Positions 14,231-26,066 of a stretch of DNA of 29,940 nucleotides are shown piece after piece (within the stretch, counting starts at the first letter, position 1; every line of letters starts with the position of its first letter). A model generated the notes under the pieces. It saw only the letters and a program-made list of their open reading frames with translations, did no database searches and had not been told where the DNA came from. Source of the DNA: Tubiluchus corallicola (taxonomy: Eukaryota; Animalia; Priapulida); NCBI GenBank assembly GCA_030141605.1, contig JAQGDQ010001677.1:1-29940 (forward strand). Direction: 5' to 3'. A program made the translations under genes and the position numbers.

Positions 14231-14350
14231 GGCTACGGCCAAATCACGTTGAAAACACTGGTTCTCGTCTGATCACCGAAGTTAAGCAACGTAGAGTCTG
14301 GTTAGTACTTGGATGGGTGACCGCCGAGGAATACCAGGTGCTGTAGGCTT
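14231..14350 (+). rRNA. 5S rRNA-derived SINE head (not a free-standing 5S gene)
   Basis: GGCTACGGCCAAATCACGTTGAAAACAC...AGTTAAGC (box A)...GGATGGGTGACC (box C)...GGTGCTGTAGGCTT is a full-length 120-nt animal 5S sequence with several substitutions and no oligo-T terminator. Confidence 0.92.
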
Positions 14351-14777
14351 GCGGGATACCCACACTGTATCTCGACACTAGGGGGAGGAGCTGCACAAGC
14401 AGCCAACGGCTAGAGGGCAGAGGAGGTCAAGTGACTCAACAGCCATGTGTAGAGGAGTAAACCTTCCAAATCAGGAGTGGAGCCCCGAAGACGGACCAGT
14501 GCAGCATGCTCACTGACTCCGGCAGCCAACCTGGTGCAAACGTATCGCCCCGCTTTCCTTTGGACTACACCAGGGAGGAAGAGAGGGGGTTCCTGTTGTC
14601 TGGGCAACTCAGGATCTCCATACACCTTGCCCAGGCGTGCGCCCTGGAGACGTTCAAGGATCGGACTGCTCAGCCACAGTCGACACTGCAGCTCCATCAA
14701 TGTGATCAATAACTGACTCTCTTGGCGCACACTCCATTGTCTTCTGAGACAGAAGGATGCCAACCAACCAACCAACC
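14231..14777 (+). mobile_element. Full-length 5S rRNA-headed SINE (SINE3 class) with ~400-bp GC-rich body and (AACC)n tail
   Basis: Starts exactly at the 5S 5' end; perfect 11-bp TSD ACTTATTGTAA (14220-14230 and 14778-14788); 3' stem-loop TGTCT-TCTG-AGACA before the (AACC)n tail; no T4 run inside the element. Confidence 0.9.
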
Positions 14778-16192
14778 ACTTATTGTAACGTGCGTTACTT
14801 AGAAATGGTAATTGAGTCCTCTTTGTAGTGGATTGATTCTCGACAACTTCTTGTAGTATGATAACGTTAACAGCTTTTTTCTGAAATAATTCACATGTCG
14901 CTACTACTTGAAACGTGCAGTCTGTGAACCCAACATTGTGTGTTACAGTGGTTTCCAAAGACAACAATGATGAAACAGCCCTAGGAGAAGCAGTAAGGTA
15001 ATACCAAATAGGCAGTTATTCGTTTTCGCAAGCAGCGATTTTCTGCTTTAAAGATGTCCTGACTTCAGGTATTTTATGCCCTTACAAGTTTGACTTGCTG
15101 TTGTTCTGATTCTAAAAGCATTGGACAACTCTAAACCAAGCACTTTTATTACGGTAGTTGCACTACAGCACTGCCATGCCTCCTTGAAAAACACCCACAT
15201 ACCTTTCTATTGTACTAAGTCCATTGTTCTCTTTCACAGCTTTCCTGTGCAGACATATAATTATTGTCCAATGGCACCTGCCAGACAGAATGGGTTAAAT
15301 ATGATTGTTGGAAAGGTAAAGGTTGTCCTTAAATCAGTTAAAGGACAAAAAAAGGGGTACCTGAAATAGGTTTCAGAAAAATCGCCATAAAAAATTATAT
15401 TACTTTATAGCAATTTTATGCACATATCGTACTCGCGCTAAAATGAATTTTTGTTTGTCTTCATTTTAAATCTCTCGCAATGCTGTTCCGATGTCGCCAT
15501 TATATGACATCATGCACCAAACGTAAATCAGGGGAAGAAAAGGAAATGTTAAATTATGTCGCAAAAAAACTTTCCATGCAAAATTATTTTACCTGGTATT
15601 TCTCTTACCTGCTTGAAAGACTTATGTAACTAGAAAAGAAAATTATTAATTATTTAAAATATTTTCACCAGTTGGTAAAATGTCGCTGACTCACCCTCCA
15701 GGGTGCACCACTCGCTAACCAAAAAGCGTATTTTAATCTTATTGACAAGATACAGTAATTTTAAATTTTATTTAGTTAGTGATTTGTGCGCTAAGAATGC
15801 TCTGATTATTTTTTCAAACTTTACAAAATGTTATCTAAACTTGTATCAAATGACTTATCGTCAAAGTGGCTGCATCTAACGGTCATCGCGGGAGTTTAAA
15901 TTTACATGTTTTATACACCGTTACTGCCGACGCAAGCTCTGCGTGCAAAAAGGCAGTACGTAAGTGGTATAAAATTTCAAGACGAATTTTTAAATCTTTA
16001 CGTAAGTTGAGGGTTTTCTTATGCTTTAAGTTCCTCTACTTGGTGTGTGGAGGATAGCAAATACAAATTCCAGTTTTTCTACGGCAGCTTACGTTTTTGG
16101 CTTATTGCTTTTGTGGCGCATTCTATGCTAGGTCATGGCAGCATTATTCTCAGAATACTGTTGTGCAGTTGTGAAATCACGACACGAGACAG

Positions 16193-16723
16193 AGAAAGGG
16201 TCAAATTTAAAATCGCTATTTGTAATGCTGTAGAATTGTTTATTTTAATCGCTTCTGGTAGAAAGAGTCAAATTTAAAATCGTGATTTGTAATGCTGTAG
16301 AATTGTTTATTTTAATCGCTTCTAGTAGAAAGGGTCAAATTTAAAATCGCGATTTGTAATGCTGTAGAATTGTTTATTTTAATCGCTTCTGGTAGAAAGG
16401 GTCAAATTTAAAATCGCTATTTGTAATGCTGTAGAATTGTTTATTTTAATCGCTTCTGGTAGAAAGGGTCAAATTTAAAATCGTGATTTGTAATGCTGTA
16501 GAATTGTTTATTTTAATCGCTTCTAGTAGAAAGGGTCAAATTTAAAATCGCTATTTGTAATGCTGTAGAATTGTTTATTTTAATCGCTTCTGGTAGAAAG
16601 GGTCAAATTTAAAATCGTGATTTGTAATGCTGTAGAATTGTTTATTTTAATCGCTTCTAGTAGAAAGGGTCAAATTTAAAATCGCGATTTGTAATGCTGT
16701 AGAATTGTTTATTTTAATCGCTT
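16193..16723. repeat. 67-bp minisatellite, ~8 copies
   Basis: Unit AGAAAGGGTCAAATTTAAAATCGCTATTTGTAATGCTGTAGAATTGTTTATTTTAATCGCTTCTGGT; period 67 (16194, 16261). Confidence 0.96.
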
Positions 16724-17078
16724 TTCGTTTGTTTTTTTTGCTTGCCATTTTAGTCCTATGTAAAGTACTGTATCAATTTCGTTTCTACAGGTCTGCTTAA
16801 TCATTACCTATTTGGCTTTGTAAATAGATAATTAGTACAAATTATTGTACCCTTTCTTTGTAATTATGTTATGAAATATTACTGTAGTTACACGGTTGCC
16901 AAAAATACTGTCTTATCAAGCTAACTTCTTGGGACAACCTGTACTTCTAATCCAGACTTTGCGAACACGTGTCTACTTTTAATTTGTTAATAATGTAGAG
17001 TTCGTATTAAGGCCTTTATATAAATGAATTAATTATCCTGCACAGTTTGTCGAATCTACGTTATTTCGTCCATTTTTT

Positions 17079-17230
17079 TTATAAACCGCCAAAACCCGCC
17101 ATCGTGAACAAGGCGTTCTTTATAACCCCGCCAAAACCCGCCATCGTGAACAAGGCGTCCTTTATAACCCCGCCAAAACCCGCCATCGTGAACAAGGCGT
17201 TCTGTATAAACCCGCCATCGTGAACAAGGC
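17079..17230. repeat. 42-bp tandem repeat, three full copies plus one shortened copy
   Basis: ATCGTGAACAAGGC at 17101, 17143, 17185 and 17217. Confidence 0.93.
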
Positions 17231-17748
17231 TTTGTTGACTAGTTTCCCTACTTTTTACTTGAATCAACTTCATGGGTCGTCACTTCCTGTATCATTCCAG
17301 AACGGATAATTCCAATTAAACATGGATTGGTGACCGAAATGCCTGCGCTGTGTGATTCTTTTGCAAATTGTTCTGTGTAATTAAAAACAACACAACTTTA
17401 TTTGATGAACTTTCTGGGGTAACACTTTTAAGTAACTAGGATATTAATATTAATAAAAGAAAGTTTATCTATGTACCCTAATAAGCCTTCTCTTAATGTA
17501 TAAAGCAGTTCAATTCATTTAACTTTATTTTCAAATACTTAGCTATTTGTTACTGTATCAATTTCTTTTCTACTGGTCTACTTAATCATTACCTATTTGA
17601 CTTTTGTAAATACATAATTAGTGCTTAAGTTGCTATATCAATTTCTTTAGTGCTCTGTTTATTCATTACCTATTTGGCTTCTGTTAACTAATTAATTAGT
17701 GCATAATAGGCTTTGCCTATGTAAACTGGTTGTAGGTTTGTAAACTTA

Positions 17749-17787
17749 CCACTGATGATGACAGCAGCAGCTAGTCGAGACGTTTGG
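17749..17787 (+). ncRNA. Degenerate minimal type I hammerhead ribozyme motif (Penelope-like element remnant)
   Basis: CCA-CTGATGA-T-GAC-(loop)-GTC-GAGA-CGTT-TGG shows the core CUGAUGA, stem II GAC/GTC, stem I CCA/TGG and a palindromic ACGT; the conserved GAAA reads GAGA. Confidence 0.55.
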
Positions 17788-18052
17788 CGTGATTTTAATT
17801 TTTAATTTTTTAATGTAAAGGTTTTAATAAATTTGTTTGTTTTAAACCATAAATGTTTTACGTGCCTGTAATAAAAATTGTTCTGTACAAATCTAGTCTA
17901 CCTTGTGCTGCCACCTTGTAGTGGATTTTTTTATTTACTTAAGCATCTCGTTGCTTGTAATCAGGTAAAAAATTTAGTAAGAATTTATGTAGCTTGGAGT
18001 TATGATTTATGAACATCAAAAAGAAATCTTATTTCATTTTTATTATTTTCAG

Positions 18053-18429
18053 TGGACGGAGGTCAACAAAAAACAATGGCATTTTTTGGAAGTTGTACAG
18101 ACTTGTCGCATTACACAGATGCAGAACCGTATCGGCTGAAATTAGGTAACGGCTACCGCGACAGCAACTGCATTAAACGACAGAACACTTCGTCCCCCTT
18201 GCACCGACCCCCGGCCGCCTCCTTCCACAAGATGGGCGTAGCCGGCAGCTTTCAACGCCGGGCGTGTTACAGGAGTGTGGACGATTTGACAGGTGAACAT
18301 TTGTATGAGGAGCTACCGGCACACAGTGCAGGACCGCCTAAATTGTCATACAGGCCACCACAAGCAAATCATATACTGGGTCCAGCTAAACTGGCTCCTA
18401 TTGGAGGCACCCCTGTGTACAGTAACCGG
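18053..18429 (+). CDS. Coding exon, probably the first coding exon (ATG 18076; 118 aa, low-structure N-terminal region)
   Basis: Strong acceptor TTATTATTTTCAG (AG 18051-52) and donor G|GTAAGT (18430); GC-rich against the flanks; open frame throughout; AAAACAATGG start context; ends in phase 0. It could instead be an internal exon because the frame is open from the acceptor. Confidence 0.8.
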
Positions 18430-18517
18430 GTAAGTTGCATCTAAAGTGGATAATGTATGCAGTTACTGCAGTAATAGCTGAAAGGAGTTCACAATTCACC
18501 TCACAATTTAAATATCA

Positions 18518-18600
18518 TAACCCTAGCCCTAGCTCTAACTGTAACTGTAACTCCAACCCAACCCTAACTCTAGCCCCAATCCTAATCCTAATCCTAATCC
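18518..18600 (+). repeat. Degenerate (CCCTAA/CCTAAT)-like hexamer run
   Basis: TAACCCTAGCCCTAGCTCTAAC...AACCCTAACTCTAGCCCCAATCCTAATCCTAATCCTAATCC. Confidence 0.7.
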
Positions 18601-19573
18601 GCTGCACGAACGATTTCTTCTACGCAAGGAATTGTAGCTTAATCGGTTTAATTTTACTGAATTCATTACAAGAACATTGGATACTTTTATTTAAAAAAGT
18701 CATTTACATTGTTGGATATCTAACAAACTGATGTGATTTTTGCTAATGAGAATTTGAAAAGTAACATCTGATGGCTCCCAGATTGAAGTCTTTGCCCAGA
18801 TTTTATTATAAGAATGATTAGTTCAAAGATCAAAGCACTGTTTGTGCAGATGAAATGGCTGCCATTTTTATCCAAGCATTTCGTTGTTACAAAAGTAATT
18901 ATGTGTTTAATAAAAATTTTGTAGTTGTGTGAAGTCCAATAAAAACGATCATACCAGCAATATTTTCTAAAAAGTTAAGTTATTGTTGTAACTGGTGGAG
19001 TTTCGAAAGCCAAAACGAAATATTGCTACAAATATGCACGACAGATGGCGCCACGTTGCAAGTTCTCATTGTGATTGCGAATACCAAGTCAAACTCCGAT
19101 GATTAAGATGGTTATGACAGCTCAGACTGTCAAGTTAAATACAAGTAAGAATCTACCGAGAAGGTTTAAAACTTTGCCAAAAACTACCTAGCAAACCAAA
19201 AACAACTTGGATAGCTAAGATAAACAAAGATATTTCAACAACTACAGTACAACTGTATCTTGCTTTAGCAGCGCAGGAACTTTGTTGTTAGGTGCAGATA
19301 ATATCATACGAGTGGATGGAATATTCTTATATGGCAGTGCCCACAACAGGCGGAAGAGGGTTTGAAAAAGAAGAACTACGAGTGAATTTGAATACGTATT
19401 ACCATTGCTGTTATTAAAACCACTAATCTTCTGCTTTGCAGTTATCGTTGTTTGCATTTAGTTTGAGGCTTGAACGATGCTTGTTAAAATATAGGCTGTT
19501 GATGGGTGTGTTAAACACGGCGCATGCGTACGCTAACTAGCTGCTAATAGTCATACAAAAACTGCCTAGCAAT

Positions 19574-20108
19574 AACTGGACACATTTAGTTTTTGAGAAT
19601 AGGAAGATTTCTTTGGAAACAAAAATGAGAATATTCTCAGCCTTAGTTGAAACTGTATTTCTGTATAACTCTGAGCTCTGGACATTAAAAGCAAATCATA
19701 AAGCTGAAATCGATGCGTTTCAAAGGCGAAATTACAGAAACATTTTGGGTATCAGATGGCCAAAGAAAATTTCAAACAAAGATCTATATGAAAAAAATAA
19801 AAGAAGAACCTTGGACAAGAAAAATAAAAAGACGCCGTTTAAGACGGATTGGGCATATGCTTAGACTACCTGATGATATTCCAGTAAAGATAGCTCTTCA
19901 ACAAGCCATAGAACCAGCTAAAAAACCTGCAGGAGGACAAATGTTAACATATTAAGATTTTGCACAAAAAGATTTAAACACTTCAGCATTGATCCTTAGA
20001 AATAAATGTTCTTGGGGCATTGCGGCGAGCAGGGAGTCCTTGCAGAGGGAGGTGAGCAGAATCATGTCCCTGGACGTGTGATTCATTGGATGATGATGAT
20101 GATGATGA
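19574..20108 (+). mobile_element. 5'-truncated RTE-clade LINE with frameshift and (GAT)n tail
   Basis: Two overlapping frames join as TKMRIFSALVETVFLYNSELWTL...FQRR..R.ILGIRWPKKISN.DLY / RRRLRRIGHMLRLPDDIPVKIAL, typical of the RTE post-RT region. The (GAT)n tail is at 20089-20109. An 11-bp TSD TGCCTAGCAAT lies at 19563-19573 and 20109-20119. Confidence 0.92.
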
Positions 20109-20369
20109 TGCCTAGCAATCTACTATCTGTTGCAGTGAAAAACTTGATTTTAAGCCCATCAGATTTAGATTCATTAGAACTATTTATTCATCCTTTTAGA
20201 GCAATACAACAAAAATATAACTTATGCAATTACTAATTAACAATGCATTGCAGTGCTATGAGCGTAGCAGAAGAAATTAACTTATAAGGTACGGTCAACA
20301 TGGATGAGACTAAATTAATGACATAAACATCGAAAAGAACGTTAAATGGAGCCAAGCAAATGGATGCGA

Positions 20370-20525
20370 GATGACGATGATCATGATCATGATGATCATG
20401 ATGATGATGAGTATGATGATGATGATGATAATGACGACGACGACGATGATGATGGTGATATTAATGCTGACAACAATGGTGGTGATGACAACAATGATAA
20501 TGAATTGATGCTAATGATGATGATG
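20370..20525 (+). repeat. Degenerate (GAT/GAC)n trinucleotide tract
   Basis: Directly visible; explains the poly-Asp pseudo-ORF. Confidence 0.9.
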
Positions 20526-21032
20526 CGCCAGGATGGATAATTTAAACCAAGTTAGCCACTTTTGCAGTGTTATGAGAATAGTATTAAAATATTGAACTAT
20601 ATAAAAATATAAAGATGTGTTAGTTTTAATTACAGAAATTGATTAATTGGTCCAATATGACTCCAGTATTGATTTTTTAAAATTGATGTTCTGACTTTTT
20701 ATTTCTATGCAAAGTTTATTCTATAATATAGGCGCCCAGTGAATGTTAAATGATGTCTGGTTGTGTTTGTTCTGCAGTACTGTACTTTAAACTCAGGAGC
20801 ACGATAAAAACAAGGTTATTGATGTTATCGTTACGTTGAATTTACGTTGTCTTATCAGCTGTTGACTTTTTCCTTGGCTGTTTTTGAGTTTCCTGAACTG
20901 CTGATTATCAAGTAGTCCACAGGCAGCTGAAAATCGAATCATAAGGTCACTGGTGCAGCGTTGGATCGACCCATAACGTTGTTTTGTGTTTTAGATTACA
21001 ATAGTTCGCTGAACTACGACGATCTTATCTGT

Positions 21033-21424
21033 AGAATGAGCTTTTTCACAGTTCCAGTGATTGATGATGATCGTGAAAAGGTCAAAGGTTAAGTGTAACA
21101 GACAACGCATTTGTGTACACTTGACAATGCCTCGCAGTCCGAGCTATTGTAATAGTAACAGTTCTAATGGCTAGCCAAGACCTTACCTAGTTCATTTTTT
21201 CTTGTTTCCAAGCAAGATCCTGCTAGTAAATCACGCACAGATTGGTGCATAATTAAGTAAAATCCACATAAACAACTGAAATTACTGAACTGATGCGGCT
21301 GACGGCTTTGCTTTATACACCTGTCATGTGACGGTTATAGTTAAGACGCGTTGCTGTGATACACTTAACATTTGACCTGCAGCAACTGCGCGTGCGCACG
21401 ACGAAACCGTGAAAAACTTATTCT
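21033..21424. mobile_element. Older MITE with imperfect ~80-bp terminal inverted repeats (superfamily unassigned)
   Basis: Left end AGAATGAGCTTTTTCACAGTT...AGGTCAAAGGTTAAGTGTAACAGACAACGC matches the reverse complement of the right end, AGAATAAGTTTTTCACGGTT...AGGTCAAATGTTAAGTGTATCACAGCAACGC. No clear TSD. Confidence 0.65.
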
Positions 21425-21969
21425 TTTTACTCTTGATTTCGTCCGTACGTACATTTTTCATGCTTTAGGCAGGCAAGCAAAACCCTGACCTCAAAAAGTT
21501 ATTTTAAATTTTTGATGAAGTTGTGTTATTTCTGTTCGGTCTGCTAAGATTATAAATTTCATGAGAACCTATGTTTAAATTGCAATAATTATAGCCCAGA
21601 GGGAGCGACAAACCTTCCTGCAATGATTCACTGTATGCCAGGAGTCTTGTTTGTAGCAAAAAAATCTACCATTCGTGGATTTTTTTGGCAAATGGTTTTT
21701 AAGTTCATCGATGACCGCGTCTCTGTTTGTTGACTTGAAACTTTTTTGTCTTTTTTTGGTCAAAATGAGAATAAAGTTACTGGGGCAGTTTACATTAGGA
21801 TTTAGTGATGGGATTATGGAAAACAAAGCTTACTACATGCAACTTACAGAACTACTGCACCCTGATGTTGTACCCTGATCTTATTATGTCTAAAATCTGT
21901 TACTGTACATTTTGCAAGAGATTTCGACGCGAGCTTTACAGTGCAAATTAACGTAGAGCAAAGAACATT

Positions 21970-22180
21970 AATCAGAATCTGTGCATGTAGCTGGTTAACA
22001 GACTTGGAATAAAAGCAAATAGGAGTTAGTTATTAAAAGATCCCGGCTGAGAATCGTATGTGCTCATATTGTTTAAGAAATGAAATCGAAGACGAATTAC
22101 ACTTTGTTACAAAGTGTCCATATTTCAATGATCTTGGAGGAAAATTATATAATCACATCTGTGTAATTATCAGAATTTTT
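21970..22180 (+). mobile_element. LINE ORF2 remnant with C-terminal CCHC zinc knuckle
   Basis: PAENRMCSYCLRNEIEDELHFVTKCPYFNDL fits the R.C..C...EDE.HF...CP motif of non-LTR ORF2 C-termini; the surrounding frame is disrupted. Confidence 0.75.
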
Positions 22181-22203
22181 CTTTGCGAGAGACACACACA
22201 CAC

Positions 22204-22239
<36 letters not shown>

Positions 22240-22327
22240 GGAGGGAAGGAGGGAAGGAGAGAGAGAGAAATATTCATTTATTTAATTATTGTCTCGCGAA
22301 AATGTTGTGACTAGATAGAATACTATA

Positions 22328-22594
22328 ATAGCAATAATAATCTTTATTTAAAGTCGGCTCTTTGGATGAGCAATTAAGATTAGTTCAAAGAGCTATTATG
22401 TAAATAACAACCTACAACTACATTACAGAGACTATTATTACCCCCCTCCCCTTTTTACCCTAAATACCACGCGCCAGGCAGGGCAACAGCAGGTACCATT
22501 TTTAAAGTCTTCGGTATGACCCGGCCGCTGTGTCGAACTCACGACCTCCCAGACGGAAAGCGGACGCGTTACCACTAGACTATACCGTCTAGTC
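22328..22594 (-). mobile_element. tRNA-derived SINE with Meta/MESC-like central domain and (ATT)n tail
   Basis: The minus strand shows box A TAGTCTAGTGG and box B GAGTTCGACAC, then GGTCATACCGAAGACTTTAAAAATGGTACCTGCTGTTGCCCTGCCTGGC (recalled MetaSINE core). It ends in GCCGACTTTAAATAAAGATTATTATT. Confidence 0.8.
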
Positions 22595-23023
22595 AGTCTT
22601 TTCGACTTTTTGCTTTCATGCTGTAAATCAAAAAAGTTTTTTCTCACTTGCAAGAAACGTTCTGCATTTCCATACTGCACCAGCGTGCACACTGAATGTC
22701 ACAAATGCCGGAAAACCACGAAAAATGCAATTTGCACGCAATCTCGTCGATTACCTTGCAGCTGTTTTGCATTGTGGCAATATTTGGTGTTCTTGACCCG
22801 CCTGGGAAACGTCTTTGCAATGATTTTCCTGCGCGTTTATCAAAGCTGCCATATAGAGATTTTCACAAACGTTCCATTGTGATTATCTGAATAATGTGTG
22901 GACAGGTAATTGTTAGCATTTACCTGTCGTTTACAAGGTGCAAAACACTAAAATGGCCTATTTGCTTATGTACCATTAATATCATCATCTAAAATCACAG
23001 TTCAAATACCACAAGGTGAGCTT

Positions 23024-23470
<447 letters not shown>

Positions 23471-25360
23471 TCTTCTGTATTTCTCTTCCTATATGAGCAC
23501 TTAACGCTGAGCTAGTTATTTTCTCATTGCATTAGACCTTCACAATACAGCCAAGTTAAATCGCATTTATGTCACTTCGTCTTTAGCTTTAAGATGATTA
23601 ACTAAATACATGATAATCTCTCCCATGTTGTGCTCTTAGCACTTACTGGTACAATTTTAATCCCGTTCATTCAAACATGTTTACGCATTACAATACCAGT
23701 CTTGTTGATCTACTATTACTAGTTAAGCAGTTTTCGTTCATAAAGGCTGCTTTTGTTGAAAATAAACTTCAATTCCTGTACTATTGTGTCTTCTTTCTGC
23801 GGTTTCCAACTAAAATTGTTTTTCGAGTAATTTACAACGCTGGTATTTAGCACAAATATATATATATTATATATTAATTCTTTATTTGTCATTAAAATGG
23901 TTCACTTATTATAATAAAATTGAGCAAGCCTCAGCATAATGTTAATATAACAACACTGTTCAAGACAAATGCGTCCAGTGCTGACTAAAAAAACTAAAGT
24001 GCAAAACTAAGGCCTAAATATATACAATAAATGAACATATTTACAAAAACCATATTAAAATATTTTTACAAAACAATACTACAAAAGTACATTAAATTTT
24101 ACATGACGTATTTTACACTGTATATACATTTGACAAGACACAATTAACAGAAACATGCTTTACATTACTTAAATTTCACTCATTACATTTACACTATTTA
24201 TACATTTGACATTACAAAACTAACATAACTAACAAATGATTCTGTTAAATATATTTAATGATATCAGGCCTTTCTTTGATTTTTTGTTATAATATTAATA
24301 GTTATTTTTAGATCAGCCTAATGAGAGTTTTCGTAGATGCCACTGTTATAAGTGATTTCCTTAGGAACATTTGCAATACATGTGGCGCCATTAATTGACA
24401 AATACAAGAAGCAGTACCTCTTTAATATTATATAAAACACAATCTACTATCAATTTTTTTATTAGTAAACTTTTAGTTATGCTGCACTATGTCAGAAGGT
24501 AATACATAAATGTAAGCTCACAACTATTCAGACTAGTTTGTACGTTTTTTATATTATATTTAAAATAATAGCTGCAAACTTTCATTTCGTTAGTGAAGCA
24601 CTATCAACTCCAGGAGTAACTGTGTTGTTAACAATGGTTAACAAAATAAAAAATCTTCTGTTAACCCTTCTATACCTGTCCACGTAAAACGTCCTAGATC
24701 TCTGAATGCATCTTTCTTTGTCTCGGAGGATACAATCATTTCTTGGCTGTTTGACGAAATGCCTTTTATAACAATCTGTGAATGGATTTTATTCTTACTG
24801 TGAATGGATTTAACTGTCACAATTTAGGCTATTAGTAAGCAAAAAAATTTTTCTTGTTTAGGATTTTTTCTAGTTTCTGTATAAACTTTCATGTTTGTTT
24901 GTTTGTTTGTTTAAAATTGCAATTCATATAAAGCGCATATTTTATAACGCACCACAAGCAGTTACGGAGTCCGGATTATATTATATTATCTTATATTTTT
25001 TCTAACTTGGAATGAATTGTTCAAGTTCCATAAATTACTGTTTAATAATTGCTGTAGGGGACGACTAGACAGCTTGGCTTGCTCCTTCACCCAACAATAC
25101 ACCCCCCCCCCCCCCCACCCCCCATAATTTTCAAGCCGCGCATTTGAAATTTGCAGTCATACGTTTTGAATTTAATCACCAGTTAGCCAAATTTAATCAT
25201 CCTCTTGCGGTTTTGTAGTTTATATATAAATTATATATGTCGTGTGACCCGGAAACAATCATAAATACTGATGTTAATTCATGTGAAGTTCCGCATGTGT
25301 CTAAACATCTTGACAAATGACCAGCGATTGTATTCTAATAACTATGTTCCTCTAACACAG

Positions 25361-25396
25361 GAAAAATGTGTGCCTGCTGCCCACTGGCCCAACCAG
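25361..25396 (+). CDS. Probable 36-nt micro-exon (EKCVPAAHWPNQ) with GC donor
   Basis: Acceptor TTCCTCTAACACAG (AG 25359-60); donor CAG|GCAAGC; phase 0/0; joins to give WPNQ-CYLC, a natural P-x-x-C lead-in to the C2H2 finger. Confidence 0.55.
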
Positions 25397-25475
25397 GCAA
25401 GCTTAGCTGTTGATAGAATAACATTGAACTAGAAAAAATGACCTTTTCTGGGTGATTCGCTCTGTATAGTTCCTC

Positions 25476-26055
25476 TTGTGTAAGTCTCTCTGTGGTATAG
25501 ACTATCCTACCTTGTGTAACTCCCTCTGTGGCATAGACTGTCTTACCTTGTGTAACTCCCTCTGTGGCATAGACTGTCTTACCTTGTGTAACTCCCTCTG
25601 TGGCATAGACTGTCTTACCTTGTGTAACTCCCTCTGTGGCATAGACTGTCTTACCTTGTGTAACTCCCTCTGTGGCATAGACTGTCTTACCTTGTGTAAC
25701 TCCCTCTGTGGCATAGACTGTCTTACCTTGTGTAACTCCCTCTGTGGCATAGACTGTCTTACCTTGTGTAACTCCCTCTGTGGCATAGACTGTCTTACCT
25801 TGTGTAACTCCCTCTGTGGCATAGACTGTCTTACCTTGTGTAACTCCCTCTGTGGCATAGACTGTCTTACCTTGTGTAACTCCCTCTGTGGCATAGACTG
25901 TCTTACCTTGTGTAACTCCCTCTGTGGCATAGACTGTCTTACCTTGTGTAACTCCCTCTGTGGCATAGACTATCTTACCTTGTGTAACTCCCTCTGTGGT
26001 ATAGACTGTGTTACCTTGTGTAACTCCCTCTGTGGTATAGACTGTCTTACCTTGT
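25476..26055. repeat. 36-bp minisatellite, ~16 copies (intronic)
   Basis: Unit TTGTGTAACTCCCTCTGTGGCATAGACTGTCTTACC; central copies are identical. Confidence 0.97.
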
Positions 26056-26066
26056 AGCGGGTATAC

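Noticed and set aside
14231-14350. Functional 5S rRNA gene
   Set aside because: No oligo-T terminator, not in a tandem array, and enclosed with a body and tail inside a TSD.
14410-14967. 185-aa minus-strand ORF and overlapping + ORFs
   Set aside because: They lie across the GC-rich SINE body, the long one crosses the TSD, and no domain is recognisable.
15329-16029. Possible TTAA-flanked Kolobok/piggyBac-type MITE
   Set aside because: The left end TTAAAGGAC has no convincing matching right TIR.
18518-18600. Interstitial telomere or fusion site
   Set aside because: Short and degenerate; such hexamer runs are common inside invertebrate repeats.
19036-19054. CTCF-like motif ACAGATGGCGC (also TGCCCTCTAGCG at ~2606)
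   Set aside because: Partial matches are expected by chance in 30 kb; a PWM scan and ChIP data would be needed.
20346-20540. Poly-Asp acidic protein
   Set aside because: A degenerate (GAT)n tract with no splice or codon support.
21675-22890. Short ORFs at 21675-21878, 22610-22882 and 22696-22890 as additional exons
   Set aside because: No consistent splice sites or phases and no recognisable homology.
23870-24840. Possible old minus-strand LINE remnant (similar AT-rich tracts at ~6600-7130 and ~11400-11640)
   Set aside because: Only faint compositional and motif hints; no readable frame or TSD.
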